The notes beneath the pieces were generated by a model. The model saw only the letters and a program-made list of their open reading frames with translations, was not told the DNA's origin and ran no database searches. 64,000 nucleotides of DNA from Myxococcota bacterium (GTDB lineage: Bacteria; Myxococcota_A; UBA9160; UBA4427), in assembly GCA_965250285.1 (NCBI GenBank), contig OZ252299.1, forward strand, positions 128,001 through 192,000. Direction: 5' to 3'. Of the stretch, positions 32,301-41,499 are shown piece after piece. A program made the position numbers and the translations under genes. Positions within the stretch are counted from its first letter, which is position 1; each line of letters begins with the position of its first letter.

Positions 32301-33194
32301 GTGGCGACTCAGGGCGATCACGGGGGCGTCTGGACGATCGGTGACGTACGCGTCACGCGTGTGGCCGAGCAGCAGGCACCGCTCGACATCCGGGCGCTCT
32401 TTCCCGACGCCGACGCGGCCGCGCTCGAGACCCACGGCAGCTGGCTGCGGCCTCACTTCTTGAGCGACGACGGCCAGATCGAGCTCTCGATCCATGCGCT
32501 GGTCGTCGAATCGGCTGGCCGCGTCATCGTGGTCGATACGTGCGTCGGCGACCGGGCGATGCCCGGTTTCGAGGCCGTCTCCGGCGCTGGGCCGAACCCC
32601 TTCCTCGAGCGGTTCGCCGCGTGTGGCTTCGACCGCGAGCGGGTCGACGTCGTGCTCTGCACACACCTCCACTTCGATCACATCGGCTGGAACACGCATC
32701 GCGACGGCGACCGCTGGGTGCCGACGTTCCCGAATGCGCGATACCTCTTCGACCGGACCGAGTTCGCGCACTGGAGCGGGGCCGAGTCTCACTTCACCGG
32801 CGACCACGCCGCGTGCGTTCAGCCGATCGTCGATGCAGGCCTGGCCGATCTGGTCGACGAGGGGCACGTCATCGACGAGCACGTGCGCCTGGTGTCGACG
32901 CCGGGCCACACGCCCGGTCACGTATCGGTGCGGATCGAGTCGCGCGGTGAGGTCGCCTTCATCACCGGCGACATGACGCACCACCCGGTGCAGTGGGCGG
33001 AGCCCGACTGGAAGATGATGGCCGACAGTGACTCGGCTCAGGCGGCCATCACGCGCAAGGACGTCGGCGGGGCGCTCAGCGGCGAGGGGGCGCTCGTCAT
33101 TGGAACGCACTATCCGGCTCCGACCGCAGGCTGGCTGACCGGATCCCCGGGCGGCCTGCGATTCGTGACTGATCGGCCCGGCGGCGATGGCTGA
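32301..33194 (+). CDS. MBL-fold metallo-hydrolase (lactonase/organophosphate hydrolase-like)
   Basis: THLHFDHIGWN, PTFPNARY, TPGHTPGH, ITGD. Confidence 0.88.
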   Translation: MATQGDHGGVWTIGDVRVTRVAEQQAPLDIRALFPDADAAALETHGSWLRPHFLSDDGQIELSIHALVVESAGRVIVVDTCVGDRAMPGFEAVSGAGPNPFLERFAACGFDRERVDVVLCTHLHFDHIGWNTHRDGDRWVPTFPNARYLFDRTEFAHWSGAESHFTGDHAACVQPIVDAGLADLVDEGHVIDEHVRLVSTPGHTPGHVSVRIESRGEVAFITGDMTHHPVQWAEPDWKMMADSDSAQAAITRKDVGGALSGEGALVIGTHYPAPTAGWLTGSPGGLRFVTDRPGGDG

Positions 33195-33435
33195 TTGGTG
33201 GGCGCTCACGCGCTCGCGCTCGGTCGTCGTCCGCGCCGCGAAGACATCGGCGCTCGTCGGGACGCTCCTCGTCGTGATCAACCACGGCGACGTGCTCGTC
33301 GGCGCTGGGCTCGGTGCGATCTCGTGGTCGAAGGTGCTGCTGACCTTCTTCGTGCCCTACGCCGTCTCGACGAGCTCGAGCGTCGCCGCGTTGCGAGCCC
33401 AGACTGGACCCGCGCGCGAGGGCGGCGCGTCTTGA
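33187..33435 (+). CDS. NrtS-like small membrane protein
   Basis: ALVGTLLVVINHGD...LLTFFVPYAVST family pattern. Confidence 0.7.
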   Translation: MADWWALTRSRSVVVRAAKTSALVGTLLVVINHGDVLVGAGLGAISWSKVLLTFFVPYAVSTSSSVAALRAQTGPAREGGAS

Positions 33436-33490
33436 ACGGGCCGCTCGCCGCACCGCTGCGTGCGCAGAAGCCGAGGCGCGGGGCGCGCGC

Positions 33491-33871
33491 GTGTCGTTGA
33501 GCGTCGTGTGGGTGATGGTGGGCGGCGGCCTCGGCGCGCTCACGCGCTATGGCATCGCCGAAGGGGTGCGTCTGGGCCTGCGCTGGCCGGGCTGGGTCGG
33601 CGTCTTCATCGCCAACCTGTGTGGTACGGCGCTGCTCGCGCTGGCCCACTTCACGATCGGTCAGACCGACGTCGTCTCGCCGGCGGTATGGGCCTTCGCT
33701 GCCGTGGGCTACTGCGGCGCGTTGACGACGTACAGTGCGTTCGGCCTCGACACGCTGCTGCTCTGGTACGAGGGGCAACGCGGGATCGCCGTGCTGCAGT
33801 TTCTGGCGAGTCTCGCGTTGGGCGCGGCGACGATCTGGCTCGTCGCAACCGCCCTGGTGGCCGCGTCGTGA
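33491..33871 (+). CDS. crcB: Fluoride channel Fluc/CrcB subunit 1
   Basis: GGGLGALTRY, ANLCG, GYCGALTTYSAF. Confidence 0.85.
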   Translation: MSLSVVWVMVGGGLGALTRYGIAEGVRLGLRWPGWVGVFIANLCGTALLALAHFTIGQTDVVSPAVWAFAAVGYCGALTTYSAFGLDTLLLWYEGQRGIAVLQFLASLALGAATIWLVATALVAAS

Positions 33872-34413
33872 GTCGCGGCGTGAGTCGCGCCCCCATCCTT
33901 CGCATCGCCGCGGTGATTGCGATCGGCGGTGCGCTCGGGGCGCTGCTGCGCGCGTCGCTCATCGATGCCGCTGGTGCTCTCGGATCGCCGGCGTGGGCAT
34001 CGATCGTCGGCGTGAACGTGCTCGGGGGGCTCGCCATCGGGGTGATCTTCGTTCACCTCGAGGCCCGTTTCTTGCGCCATGCGCGGAGTCGGCTCGCTGC
34101 GTCGCCCCATGCGCCCCGGGTCGAGTCGCGCGGCTGGCGTCTCGATGCCGATCAGACCCTCGATCCGGTCGATCTCTTTCGAGCCGAGACACGCATGCGC
34201 GTGCAGTCAGGCTACTGGGTGACGGGCTTTCTCGGCGGGTTTACGACGTTCAGCACGTTCGCGGTCGAGCTCTACGAGCTCGCGGGTCGGACCGATCCGG
34301 GCGCGTTCGCGGGCTTCTATCTGGTCGCTGCGCTGTCGCCCGTGGTGGCGACGTGGGTCGGGCTGGTCATCGGCACGTTCACGCTGCCGCGCCGCGGGCC
34401 TGAGCGTCGCTGA
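33868..34413 (+). CDS. crcB: Fluoride channel Fluc/CrcB subunit 2 with long TM2-TM3 insertion
   Basis: GGALGALLR, VNVLGG, GFLGGFTTFSTF; GTG start at 33868 or 33880. Confidence 0.8.
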   Translation: MSRGVSRAPILRIAAVIAIGGALGALLRASLIDAAGALGSPAWASIVGVNVLGGLAIGVIFVHLEARFLRHARSRLAASPHAPRVESRGWRLDADQTLDPVDLFRAETRMRVQSGYWVTGFLGGFTTFSTFAVELYELAGRTDPGAFAGFYLVAALSPVVATWVGLVIGTFTLPRRGPERR

Positions 34414-34504
34414 AGACACGCGACGCCGCTCGATGCGAAACGCCCGACCGGTGACCGCAAGGCGCGGGCACCGACCGGGCGTCGTGTTCGGCTCGGTTCA
34501 TGAC

Positions 34505-34601
34505 ACAGCGGCTTTAGCCGATGTCGAACTACCGTCGACAGCGGCTTTAGCCGATGTCGAACTACCGTCGACAGCGGCTTTAGCCGATGTCGAGCACCGT
34601 C
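34505..34601. repeat. 33-bp tandem repeat, about 3 copies, derived from the 3' end of the ADH gene
   Basis: ACAGCGGCTTTAGCCGATGTCGAACTACCGTCG at 34505 and 34538, variant copy at 34571. Confidence 0.9.
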
Positions 34602-35656
34602 CGGATGACTTCGCCGGCCTGCATCGCTCGGAAGGCTTCGTTCACGTCGTCGAGCTTCATGCGGCGGCTGATCATGCCCTCGAGATCGAGCTTGCCGGCC
34701 TTCCAGAGGCGCAGCAGCTGCGGCATGAACGTACGCACCTGAGCGCTGCCATACATCGAGCCGCGCAGCGTCTTGTCGGCGTAGAACAGCTCGAAGGCCG
34801 AGAACTGAATCTGCTGGTCGAGGCGACCGACGCCGACGATGACCGCGGTGCCGCCGCGGCGCGCCGTGTCGTACGTGGCACGGATCGTGTTGGGGTTGCC
34901 GATGCACTCGAGCGCATAGTCGAAGCCCTCACCCCCGGTGATCTCCTGCACCATGCCGGGCAGGTCGTCGGGCGTGCACACGTGGGTCGCGCCGAAGTTC
35001 TTCGCCATGGCGAGTTTGCCCTCGACCATGTCGACCGCGAGGATCTCGGCGGCCCCGGCGATGCGAGCCCCCTGAATCGCCGAGATGCCCACGCCGCCGC
35101 AGCCGAAGACCACGACCGACGAGCCGGGCTTGATCTCGGCCGTGTTGATCGATGCGCCGACGCCGGTGGTCACACCGCAGCCGATCAGCGACACGACGTC
35201 GAGCGGGATGTCGTCCTCGACCTTCACCAGCGCCGCTTCGGGCACGATCATCTCCTCAGAGAACGTGCCGCAGCCCGTGAACCCGCCGAGCGGATTGCCG
35301 TCCATCATGAAGTGCGGCGTCATGGCCATCGCGCCCATGGTCTCGCACAGGTACGACTGACCACGCAGGCACGCCTTGCACTTCGAGCAGGCGGGGGTGA
35401 ACGAGACGATCACGTGATCGCCCGCCTTCACGTCGGTGACGCCCGCGCCGACCTCGAGGACGACGCCTGCGCCTTCGTGTCCGAGCACACACGGCGTCGG
35501 CGTCGGGATCGTGCCGTTCTGGCCCGAGACGTCCGAATGGCAGACGCCGCTCGAAACGACCTTGATGTGCACGGCGCCGGCGGGAAGGTCGACGAGGGTG
35601 ATGTCGTCGCGGATCTCGAGATCCTGGTTGAGTCCGGTGAGCACTGCGGCCTTCAT
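34580..35656 (-). CDS. Zinc-dependent alcohol dehydrogenase (MDR family)
   Basis: GVCHSD, GHEGAG, CSKCKACLRGQSYLC, GCGGVG. Confidence 0.93.
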   Translation of the reverse strand: MKAAVLTGLNQDLEIRDDITLVDLPAGAVHIKVVSSGVCHSDVSGQNGTIPTPTPCVLGHEGAGVVLEVGAGVTDVKAGDHVIVSFTPACSKCKACLRGQSYLCETMGAMAMTPHFMMDGNPLGGFTGCGTFSEEMIVPEAALVKVEDDIPLDVVSLIGCGVTTGVGASINTAEIKPGSSVVVFGCGGVGISAIQGARIAGAAEILAVDMVEGKLAMAKNFGATHVCTPDDLPGMVQEITGGEGFDYALECIGNPNTIRATYDTARRGGTAVIVGVGRLDQQIQFSAFELFYADKTLRGSMYGSAQVRTFMPQLLRLWKAGKLDLEGMISRRMKLDDVNEAFRAMQAGEVIRTVLDIG

Positions 35657-35997
35657 GGGGGCCACCTCCGATTCAGATGGGCCGCGAGTTCGCTCGCGGA
35701 GCGGGTTCAGGGCGGGGCGCGCGCCCCGAGTCGAGCCGGCAGAGGATGCCGCCGGGATTCGAAACGGAAGCACGGAGCGCCGCCCCCGGCAACCACCTCG
35801 ATCGACGATCGGGCACCCGATTTTCGGGTCCGAATCGAGCCGTTGGCGGCTATCTTCGAGTGGTGGGCCGCGTGGCCCGAGCGCTCGACGGCGCGCACGA
35901 CGACGGCGATCCGCGCTGCGTCGAGTGCGGTCCGATCCAACGAGCCTTCCCGGGGCAGCCGCTTCTGCGCCACCCCGGCCGAGGGAGCTCCCTACGC

Positions 35998-36972
35998 ATG
36001 ACTGCGCCTGATTCGGTCGATCCCGTGCTCGTTTGCTTCAGCTACGAATATCGCAGCGAGGCCGAGGCCAAGGTCTTCGAGCAGATCATGTGGCGCTATG
36101 CCCAGCGCGGCATTCGGGCGATCAACCTCTTCGACCCCGAGCTTCATGCTTCGTACGAAGCGGGTTTCAATCTCGCTCGGTGGGAGGCGCTCGATCGATA
36201 CATCAAGGCGAACGACCTCTACGATCGACGCATCATCATGCAGGACATCACGGACGTCTTCGTGGCCGACGTCGAGCTCGACTTTCACCCGACCGATGTC
36301 TACGTGAACCGCAAGAAGAACTGTCAGCACCACGCGATGCGAACCTTGATTCGCAACCTGAAGAACTCCAACTCGCGACGCTTGAATCTCTCCCGCCGGA
36401 TCGACATCGACCTGGGGGAGCTCGACGCCGCCGGTCTCAAGCGCCTCTTCGTCGATCCCCGTTACCGCAGCATCTACAGATTCTCGAACGATGTCATCTG
36501 GGGCTATGGGCGGGCCTTCGTCGAGCTGCATGACAAAATCCGCAAGCACATCGACGAGGTGCCCGACCCGATTCGGTACGGCAACTGCGACGAGACGCTC
36601 TATACGCACTTCCATCTGCACCTCCCCGAGGCGCGGCTCAACCTGCAGTTCGGTGAGACGCAGTGCCACAACTTCAACTACATCACGCAGGTGCTGCTCG
36701 GTGCCGCGTCTTCGCGCGACTTCGTCAAGCGGCGCAAGATCTTCACGTACCAGCACTCCGACTCGGTGCCCAGGTTGATCGACGAGATGCTCGAGGAGCG
36801 CCCGCGATCGCGTTGGCATCGCTGGCGCTCGCGCCCCGCGTACGTGCTCGACCGACTGATCGGCGGCGTGCTCAGCGCCATCACGGTCGTGCTGCAGGCC
36901 ATCAAGCGGGTCTGGATCGCGATCAGCTATCTGCGCTTCGGCGCCGGCGAGGGCGCCGCAGCAGCGCGCTGA
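35998..36972 (+). CDS. Hypothetical protein, possibly GT-A glycosyltransferase-like, with C-terminal membrane anchor
   Basis: Codon usage consistent with coding; IIMQDITDVFV resembles a DxxD motif; hydrophobic C-terminus. Confidence 0.55.
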   Translation: MTAPDSVDPVLVCFSYEYRSEAEAKVFEQIMWRYAQRGIRAINLFDPELHASYEAGFNLARWEALDRYIKANDLYDRRIIMQDITDVFVADVELDFHPTDVYVNRKKNCQHHAMRTLIRNLKNSNSRRLNLSRRIDIDLGELDAAGLKRLFVDPRYRSIYRFSNDVIWGYGRAFVELHDKIRKHIDEVPDPIRYGNCDETLYTHFHLHLPEARLNLQFGETQCHNFNYITQVLLGAASSRDFVKRRKIFTYQHSDSVPRLIDEMLEERPRSRWHRWRSRPAYVLDRLIGGVLSAITVVLQAIKRVWIAISYLRFGAGEGAAAAR

Positions 36973-37041
36973 CACGCTCGCGCCGCAGCTGCACGCGTCG
37001 CGACGGCCGGCGTGGCGGCGTGGCGGTGAGGAGAGCGAGAC

Positions 37042-38307
37042 ATGTCCGACCCCGCCTGCGACTTCGATATCGTGATCTGGGGCGCCACGGGTTTCACCGG
37101 GCGTCTGACCGCGGCCCACCTGCTCGAGCAGGAGGGGGCGAGCGGCGGCGTCCGCTGGGCGATCGCGGGTCGCAGCGCCTCGAAGCTGGAGGCCGTCGCT
37201 GAGGAGATCTCTCAGGAGACGGGGGTCGATGCCGGCCCGCTCCCGAGAATCGTCGCCGACGCGAGCGACGAGGCTTCGCTTCGCGGGCTCGTCGAGCGCA
37301 GCCGGGTCGTGTGCACGACCGTGGGGCCCTACGCGAAGTACGGCTCGAAGCTCGTCGAGCTCTGCGCGGAGCTCGGGCGCGACTACTGCGATCTGACGGG
37401 TGAGGTGCAGTGGATGCGGCGCATGATCGATGCGCACGAGGCAGCCGCTCGCGCCTCGGGTGCGCGCATCGTGCACAACTGTGGCTTCGACTGCATCCCC
37501 TCCGACCTGGGCACCTATTTCGTGCAGCGCGAAGCGAAGGCGCGTTTCGGCCGACCGTCGCCTCACGTCAAGCTGCGCGTTGGCGGCTTCAGCGGCGGGG
37601 TCTCGGGCGGGACGGCCGCGAGCATGCTCGAGCTGCTCGAAGAGGCGACGAACGATCCGAAGATCCGCAAGCTGATGGCCGATCCGTATGGGCTCAATCC
37701 CGACGGCGCTCGCAGCGGGCCCGATGGGGCCGACAGGACCGGCCCCGCCTGGGACGACGACTTCGGGCAGTGGACCGCTCCGTTCGTCATGGCGGCGATC
37801 AACACGCGCGTCGTGCGGCGCACGAATGCGCTCACCGACAGCAGCTACGGCCCCGACTTCCGCTATGACGAGGCGGTGCTCTGCGGGGCCGGTCCCGGCG
37901 GCTTCTTGAAGGCGGCGGGGCAGGCGGCAGGCCAGCTGGCGACGATGGGCGCGATGGCCATCGGTCCATTGCGTCGACTCGGCGCTCGGGCGCTCCCCCA
38001 GCCGGGAGAGGGGCCCTCGAAGGCCCAGCGCGAGAAGGGCTTCTTCGAGCTCGAGCTCTTCGCGGTCTCACCCGACGGCCCCGGCGCGTCCGGGCTGCGC
38101 GCGAAGGTCACGGGCGACCGCGATCCCGGCTATGGCTCGACGTCGAAGATGCTCGCGCAGTCGGCCCTGTGCCTCGCCGAGGGCGGGGCGAAAGTCGGCG
38201 GGGGGTTCTTCACGCCGGCCGCGGCCATGGGCGACCGCCTGATCGAACGCCTCGAGCGACACGCCGGGTTGACGTTCGAGATCGAGGCCGAGTCGGCCCG
38301 CTCGTGA
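37042..38307 (+). CDS. Saccharopine dehydrogenase-like / trans-acting enoyl reductase family oxidoreductase
   Basis: GATGFTG, VGPYAKYG, YCDLTGE, CGFDCIPSD, DPGYGSTS. Confidence 0.88.
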   Translation: MSDPACDFDIVIWGATGFTGRLTAAHLLEQEGASGGVRWAIAGRSASKLEAVAEEISQETGVDAGPLPRIVADASDEASLRGLVERSRVVCTTVGPYAKYGSKLVELCAELGRDYCDLTGEVQWMRRMIDAHEAAARASGARIVHNCGFDCIPSDLGTYFVQREAKARFGRPSPHVKLRVGGFSGGVSGGTAASMLELLEEATNDPKIRKLMADPYGLNPDGARSGPDGADRTGPAWDDDFGQWTAPFVMAAINTRVVRRTNALTDSSYGPDFRYDEAVLCGAGPGGFLKAAGQAAGQLATMGAMAIGPLRRLGARALPQPGEGPSKAQREKGFFELELFAVSPDGPGASGLRAKVTGDRDPGYGSTSKMLAQSALCLAEGGAKVGGGFFTPAAAMGDRLIERLERHAGLTFEIEAESARS

Positions 38308-38338
38308 ACGCGCCGCGACCGGGCCGCGGAGCGAGTCG

Positions 38339-39178
38339 ATGAGAGCCGATGGACGCGCGTTGGTGACCGGGGCGGGTCGCGGGCTCGGCCGGGCCATCGC
38401 GCTCGAGCTCGCTGGCCGCGGCTTCGACGTGGTTGCGACGATGCGTCGCCCGGCGGATGCACGCGATCTGCTCAGCACCGCGCGCGAGCGGGGCGTGCGC
38501 ATCGAGCTGGCCGAGCTCGACGTCACGCGGCCCGATTCGATCGAGATCCCCGACGACATCCGCGTGCTGGTCAACAACGCCGGCGTCGAGGGGCCGTGGC
38601 TGGCGGTCGAAGACGAATCGCTCGACACGTGGCGGACGATCTTCGAGACCAACGTATTCGGCCTCGTCGATGTGACGCGTCGTGCGCTCCCGCGGCTCCG
38701 CCAGGCAGGTGAGGCGGGGGGTGCCGTCATCTGCAACGTGACCAGCTGCTCGCTCTTCGCTCCGATGCCGCTCTTCGCTGCGTACCGCGCCAGCAAGGCG
38801 GCGGTCTCGGCGCTCGGCGAGTCGCTTCGGGTCGAGCTCGCTTCGTTCGGCGTACGCGTCATCGAAGTCGTTCCGGGCGCCATCGCGACCGACATGCTCG
38901 CCGGCGTGGCGGGACCGCCCGAGGCCATCGATTCGCCCGTCTATGGCGCGGTGGCCGCGCGCGTGCACGCGCAGCGTGCGCCTTCGGTTGCGGCGGGGAC
39001 GCCGCCGGATGACGCGGCGCGGGCGATCGCAGATGCGATCTTGAACGACGACGCCCCGCTTCGCGTCGCATGCGACCCGATGGGAGCGGGGCTGCTGGAG
39101 GCGTGGCGCTCGAGCGACGACGAGTCGCTCCAGGCGCCGATGCGGGCCCTGTTCACACCTTCGACCGAGCCCGATTGA
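38339..39178 (+). CDS. Short-chain dehydrogenase/reductase
   Basis: TGAGRGLG, NNAG, YRASK. Confidence 0.9.
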   Translation: MRADGRALVTGAGRGLGRAIALELAGRGFDVVATMRRPADARDLLSTARERGVRIELAELDVTRPDSIEIPDDIRVLVNNAGVEGPWLAVEDESLDTWRTIFETNVFGLVDVTRRALPRLRQAGEAGGAVICNVTSCSLFAPMPLFAAYRASKAAVSALGESLRVELASFGVRVIEVVPGAIATDMLAGVAGPPEAIDSPVYGAVAARVHAQRAPSVAAGTPPDDAARAIADAILNDDAPLRVACDPMGAGLLEAWRSSDDESLQAPMRALFTPSTEPD

Positions 39179-39193
39179 CGTTCGGCGTTGGCT

Positions 39194-40384
39194 TCAGGCG
39201 CCCGCGCGGCCTTCGATGAAGCGGGCTCGGTAGCGCGCGAACTGCTGCTTCAGGCCCGCTTCGGTGAAGCCGAACTCCTCGAGCGAATAGTCGTGGGCCG
39301 GCCGCAGCTCGCGCTTGTTGAAGTCGAGCCATTGATGCATCTCGGCCTGGGCCTCGTCGGTGAGGTCGAACCCGATGAAGTCATAGATCTTCTGGATCTC
39401 GTCGACCGGTTGGCTGACGGTGTCTCGAAACCACAGGTCGAGGAAGCGTTCGTCTCCCACGCGCTCCCGTACGTCCATCGTGTGGTTCATGCCGCGCGCG
39501 AACTTGCGTGCCCAGGTCTCGCCGACGACGGTCGGATCGACATCGTCGCTGTAGACCACCCAGAGCTCACGGGTCATGCTCGCCAGGCTAGGGATCGTGT
39601 CGATGGGGTCGCGATGCGTCTGTACGACCTTCGCGTCAGGGAACGTCTCGAAGACCAGATCCATGAAGTGCAGGTGGTGCGGTGCCTTGAGCGCCCAGCG
39701 CTCAGCCTCCCACACCTCACCCCGCGCGGCCGCGACCTGCTTGCGCTGCCACTGGAGGAACTGGAGCAGCTTCTCGAGCATGGCGTAGCCGACACGGTGA
39801 TCCTGCGCCTCGAGCCAGGTGTCGAAGCCCGGCACGTGGGCGAAGGCTTGGGGCGTGTAGCTGTAGAAGCTCTGCTCGAGGAGCATGATGTCTTCGTCGG
39901 GCCCCATCGCATCCATGGGGTGCACGGCGAGGATGTCGGGGTTCGCCTCGACGATGGCGGCGACTTCGGCCTGGGCGGCGACGACGCGTGGGTCGGTGCC
40001 CGCGGCATCCCAGTCGAGGGCGGGGCAGGGGAAGCGGGTCTCGTACCAGAGCGGGGCCGCGATGCGGCGATCGGCGGCGATCGTGCGGTGGAGCATCGTC
40101 GTGCCGGTGCGCGGCAGGCCGACGACCACGAGCGGGGCGGCGATCTGCTCGTCGAGGATCTCGGGGTGTCGCGTGGTCCACGCCTGCAGGCGCAGCTGGT
40201 TCGCGAGCACGTCGAGCACGCGCTGGTGCAGCACCGCGTGGCCGATGTCGTTCAGGCGGGCTTCGCGCGCGAGCGACGCGGTGAGTCGTTCGAGGGGTTC
40301 GCGATACGCGTCGCTCCCGAAGTCATCGAGGCCGTCGATCGCGCGTGCTTCCGCAACGAGCGCATCGGCGTTCCAATCGCTCAT
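39194..40384 (-). CDS. Sulfotransferase family protein
   Basis: GLPRTGTT PAPS-binding motif, WALKAPHH, THRDP; start reassigned to ATG 40384. Confidence 0.9.
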   Translation of the reverse strand: MSDWNADALVAEARAIDGLDDFGSDAYREPLERLTASLAREARLNDIGHAVLHQRVLDVLANQLRLQAWTTRHPEILDEQIAAPLVVVGLPRTGTTMLHRTIAADRRIAAPLWYETRFPCPALDWDAAGTDPRVVAAQAEVAAIVEANPDILAVHPMDAMGPDEDIMLLEQSFYSYTPQAFAHVPGFDTWLEAQDHRVGYAMLEKLLQFLQWQRKQVAAARGEVWEAERWALKAPHHLHFMDLVFETFPDAKVVQTHRDPIDTIPSLASMTRELWVVYSDDVDPTVVGETWARKFARGMNHTMDVRERVGDERFLDLWFRDTVSQPVDEIQKIYDFIGFDLTDEAQAEMHQWLDFNKRELRPAHDYSLEEFGFTEAGLKQQFARYRARFIEGRAGA

Positions 40385-41481
40385 GAAACGAGCTCCTCGT
40401 GGCGGACGACGCGCGTTCGAATCGGCGGGGTCGTCTTCGCTTCGACATACCGAAAGAGCATCGCACCCTGGCGGTGCCCCGCGGTCTGGATCCAGTTCGG
40501 ATGCCCCGGGTCGGTGTGCGCCACGATGATGCGCACGCCGCCCTCCGGCTCGTAGGCGGCGCACTCGGCGTTCACCGAGATGCGGTACGAGCGGTAGTCG
40601 AGACTCTCCATCCAGAAGTTCGAGAGCTGGAAGTTCCAGGTGCGACACGCGGGCAGGGCATCGACCTCGATCACGAGCGCCTCGTCGTCCGCCAACTGCC
40701 AGACGCTGTTGTGATACGTGATCGCCGGGTCCCCGCCTGCGCGGAGACACATCTCCTGGTCGTTCATCGGCAGGGCGTTCACGTGGTCGCCGAATCGGGC
40801 CATCCAGTCGATGAAGAGCCCGGCCGTGCCCTCGATGAATGCCGGCACCCGCTCGAGCGCCGCCGCGAACGCGATCGGATCGAGCACCGGCGCGCCGTCG
40901 GCGTCGAGGCACTCGATCGAGAGCCGCGCGGGCGTCTCGTTCGCACGGTCGGCGAAGGTCTGACGCACCAGCAGGTTGTCGGTCTCGGGCTGCATCGGCA
41001 GCCAGTTGCCGTCGTGCGCCTCGGTGCTGACGATCAGCTCGAAGGTGCCGTCTGCGTCGATCTCGAGCTCGTCGATCTCGACGTGGCCCGTCGGCGCCAT
41101 CGTGCCGGTGGTGCCGTAGGAGCCCGCCTTCGTCTCGATGCTCAGATAGGGCGCGGTGCCGCGTTGGCCGTGGATCCGGTAGCGGTGGTGGCCGCTCACC
41201 GCGCAGTTCAGATAGACGTTGTCGGGGTTGTCGTTGCCGATCTTCGCCGTCTCGTGCGATAGCGAGTAGAAGGCTGGAAACCGCGGGTCGGCGAACTCGA
41301 TGTTCTGCTCGAGCGCGAGGCGCAGCAGGCGCGTCAGGTAGCGGTGTCCCTCGGCCCGGTCGAAGACGTTCGCCGGGGTCTCGGGTCGCAGCACCTGATC
41401 GCCGGCCTGCTTCAAGGCGTCACAGAAGTCGGCCCAGAGCGAGCCGTCGAGGATTCTTGCTTCGGTGTCTTCGTCGGTCAT
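40381..41481 (-). CDS. DUF1214-domain protein
   Basis: AEGHRYL, DNPDNVY, FWMESLDY, DPGHPNWI; coupled to the sulfotransferase. Confidence 0.8.
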   Translation of the reverse strand: MTDEDTEARILDGSLWADFCDALKQAGDQVLRPETPANVFDRAEGHRYLTRLLRLALEQNIEFADPRFPAFYSLSHETAKIGNDNPDNVYLNCAVSGHHRYRIHGQRGTAPYLSIETKAGSYGTTGTMAPTGHVEIDELEIDADGTFELIVSTEAHDGNWLPMQPETDNLLVRQTFADRANETPARLSIECLDADGAPVLDPIAFAAALERVPAFIEGTAGLFIDWMARFGDHVNALPMNDQEMCLRAGGDPAITYHNSVWQLADDEALVIEVDALPACRTWNFQLSNFWMESLDYRSYRISVNAECAAYEPEGGVRIIVAHTDPGHPNWIQTAGHRQGAMLFRYVEAKTTPPIRTRVVRHEELVS

Positions 41482-41499
41482 TCGGCGGGTCTCTACGGC

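Noticed and set aside
33180..33490. Fluoride riboswitch upstream of the crcB pair
   Set aside because: GGCGATGG at about 33183 is the NrtS-like start region and lacks the rest of the consensus
34505..34601. Possible CRISPR array
   Set aside because: Units are contiguous with no unique spacers; no cas genes in the window
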